Assembly: GCA_042215855.1 (NCBI GenBank) | Contig: JBDGUM010000049.1 | Span: 1-52,305 of the forward strand | DNA from: Halobellus sp. | GTDB taxonomy: Archaea > Halobacteriota > Halobacteria > Halobacteriales > Haloferacaceae | Reading direction: 5' to 3' | DNA: 52,305 bases | In this document: piece after piece, positions 49,167 through 52,305 of the stretch | How positions within the stretch are numbered: the stretch's first letter is position 1 | How the letters are laid out: the number at the start of each line of letters is the position of its first letter | Notes under the pieces: model-generated | Databases searched by the model: none | What the model was told of the DNA's origin: nothing | What the model saw: the letters and a program-made list of their open reading frames with translations, nothing else | Made by a program: the position numbers and the translations under genes

Positions 49167-50711
49167 ATGCTGGACTTCCGCGCATTCAGACGGGTAGTGG
49201 ACCGATACGGGGACCGGACGGCCCTCGTAGATACGAACGGGACGGCTCGGACGTATCGCGAACTAGGAGGGCGGACCGACGCCCTGGCGAACGCGCTCGA
49301 CGACCGCCTCGGCGACGCCCGGACCGCGTCGCTCCTCCGCAACGGCCCGGCGGCAATCGAGATGATGCTCGCCGCACAGAAGCGCGGCCGGGCGAACGCG
49401 CAGTTGAGCTTCCGCGGCGCCGCGGGCGAGCTCCGGCGGATGATCGAGGCCGCCGAGGCGGAGGCGCTCGTCTACGACGCGGCGAACGCCGAGATGGCCG
49501 AGCGGGTCCTCGACGAGATGGATCTCGACGTCGCGCTGTTCGTCGGCGACGACGGGCCCGCCCGACCCGAGGTGGAACCCTACGAAGGGGCCGTAGCGTC
49601 GGCCCATACGGACTACGCCGCCGTCGAGGATCCCGACGCGGAGACCGGGATCCTCTACACCAGCGGGTCGACGAGCGAGCCGAAGGCCATCCTGGAGGAC
49701 CAGCGGCGCGTCTGGCGGGCGAGCACCCAGGCCGTGATGGAGATGAGTCTCGAACCGGACGACGTGGCCCTGGTGACGACGCCGTGGTACCACGACGTCA
49801 CGACGGTAGCGTGGATCTACCCCTACCTCCAGGTCGGGGCGACGCTCGTGCTCCAGCCGGAGTTCGTCCCGCCCGAGACGATGCGCCTCCTCGACGAGCA
49901 CGACGTGACGGGGCTGCTCGCGGTGCCGGCGCAGCTCGAGGCGCTGCTGGAGGCCGACGAGAAGGGTTCGTACGACCTCTCGTCGCTGTCGTGTATCCGG
50001 ACGGGCGGCGCCGTCGTCTCGCCCTCGCTCGTCGAGCGGGTCCGCGAGCGGATGACCGAGGGCGTCCACAACACCTACGGCCTGACCGAGGGCATCTCGA
50101 ACCTCACGCACGCGTATCCCGACGAGCAGGTGGAGAGCCCCGGTACCGTCGGGAACGCGTCGTTCAACTGGGACCTCCGGGTCGTCGAGGCCGCAGCGCC
50201 CGACGAGGAGCCGGACCCGTCGGCGACCGTCGACCGCGGCGAGACCGGCGAACTCATCGGTCGCGGCCCGTTCGCCGACGGCTACCTGAACAGCCCCGAG
50301 GAGGAAGCGCGGCTGTTCGTCGACGGCGAGTGGCTCCGGACGATGGACGTCGCCCACGTCGACGACCACGGCCGGTTGCACATCGTCGACCGCGTGGACA
50401 ATATGCTCGTCAGCGGCGGCGAGAACATCTATCCCCAGGAGGTCGAACTCGCACTCGATAGCCACCCGGACGTCCGGGAGGTCGCAGTCGTCGGCGTCCC
50501 CGACGAGGAATGGGGCGAGCGCGTCGCGGCCGTGGTCGTCGGCGACGCGGATCCGGACGAGCTCGACGAGTATTGCAGGGATCACGACGATCTAGCCGAC
50601 TTCAAGCGACCGCGATCGTACGTCGTAATCGACGAACCGCTTCCGCGGTCCGACACCGGAACGCTGCTCCGAGAGGAGATCAGTCGTAAGTACTTCGAAA
50701 ACGATAGTTGA
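49167..50711 (+). CDS. AMP-binding enzyme (CoA ligase family, atypical motifs)
   Basis: YTSGSTSEPK, YGLTE, SGGENIYP. Confidence 0.88.
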   Translation: MLDFRAFRRVVDRYGDRTALVDTNGTARTYRELGGRTDALANALDDRLGDARTASLLRNGPAAIEMMLAAQKRGRANAQLSFRGAAGELRRMIEAAEAEALVYDAANAEMAERVLDEMDLDVALFVGDDGPARPEVEPYEGAVASAHTDYAAVEDPDAETGILYTSGSTSEPKAILEDQRRVWRASTQAVMEMSLEPDDVALVTTPWYHDVTTVAWIYPYLQVGATLVLQPEFVPPETMRLLDEHDVTGLLAVPAQLEALLEADEKGSYDLSSLSCIRTGGAVVSPSLVERVRERMTEGVHNTYGLTEGISNLTHAYPDEQVESPGTVGNASFNWDLRVVEAAAPDEEPDPSATVDRGETGELIGRGPFADGYLNSPEEEARLFVDGEWLRTMDVAHVDDHGRLHIVDRVDNMLVSGGENIYPQEVELALDSHPDVREVAVVGVPDEEWGERVAAVVVGDADPDELDEYCRDHDDLADFKRPRSYVVIDEPLPRSDTGTLLREEISRKYFENDS

Positions 50712-51173
50712 CTAAAAATATACTATCTTTGTTATTAATATATCTGATACTATCGGGTCGGTTTGAGTACGAAACATTGGTATAAGGTGCATTTACTGGT
50801 ACTTTCCTCAATTATTAAATATATTAACTCAAATGTTATTTTGGAATATACTAATATTTACTTTAATGTAAATTGGAAATGACGTATCGTCGAAGTGCGC
50901 GTGCGGCCGTCTTCGCCACAGTGTCGCCCGCCCGACTGATAGCGGATGCTCATACTGTCGGATACAAGTCTGTGAAGAATTTCGCCGCCCGGGGCGGCGA
51001 ATATCTTGAAACAGTTGTGTCCGACAGGATCAGTCGAGTGAATAAAATACTCACGTACACTGCCGCGACGCCGTCGCCGGCAATACGCGTGGGGAGTTTC
51101 CGTAAAGAATAGATCGCTTTCCGAACGACAAAACATCCTTTCGCCTCTGGTATTTTTACTGCGCCCACGATAA

Positions 51174-52305
<1,132 letters not shown>

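Overview
GC-rich DNA with acidic proteins, Tat-type signal peptides, aIF-1A and short or leaderless promoters, consistent with a haloarchaeal (Halobacteria) genome. Layout: (1) 1-3.2 kb, start of an anaerobic cobalamin operon (cbiT-L-F-G) with a divergent HTH regulator and a perfect inverted repeat between them. (2) 4-13.5 kb, pirin, MBL hydrolase, SCO/TlpA/CcdA, membrane-anchored HTH, S8 protease, surface protein, a TetR relic and a PAS kinase. (3) 13.5-33.5 kb and 43.7-50.7 kb, a split, partly decayed catabolic region: three LigM/DesA-like THF-dependent O-demethylases, MetF, four AMP-forming CoA ligases, a thioesterase, an extradiol dioxygenase, an HpcH aldolase, an orphan 2-oxoacid dehydrogenase E1, two IclR regulators and ABC components. 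(4) 33.7-43 kb, a housekeeping-like block (kinase, cysE, CDGSH, CBS, yqeC, mobA, Fe-ADH, AEC transporter, aIF-1A). (5) The 5' part of katG. The main candidate new system is an archaeal pathway for O-demethylation and meta-cleavage of methoxylated (lignin-derived) aromatics, possibly acting on CoA thioesters. No tRNA, rRNA, CRISPR array or transposase was seen. All family calls come from motif recognition, not database searches.
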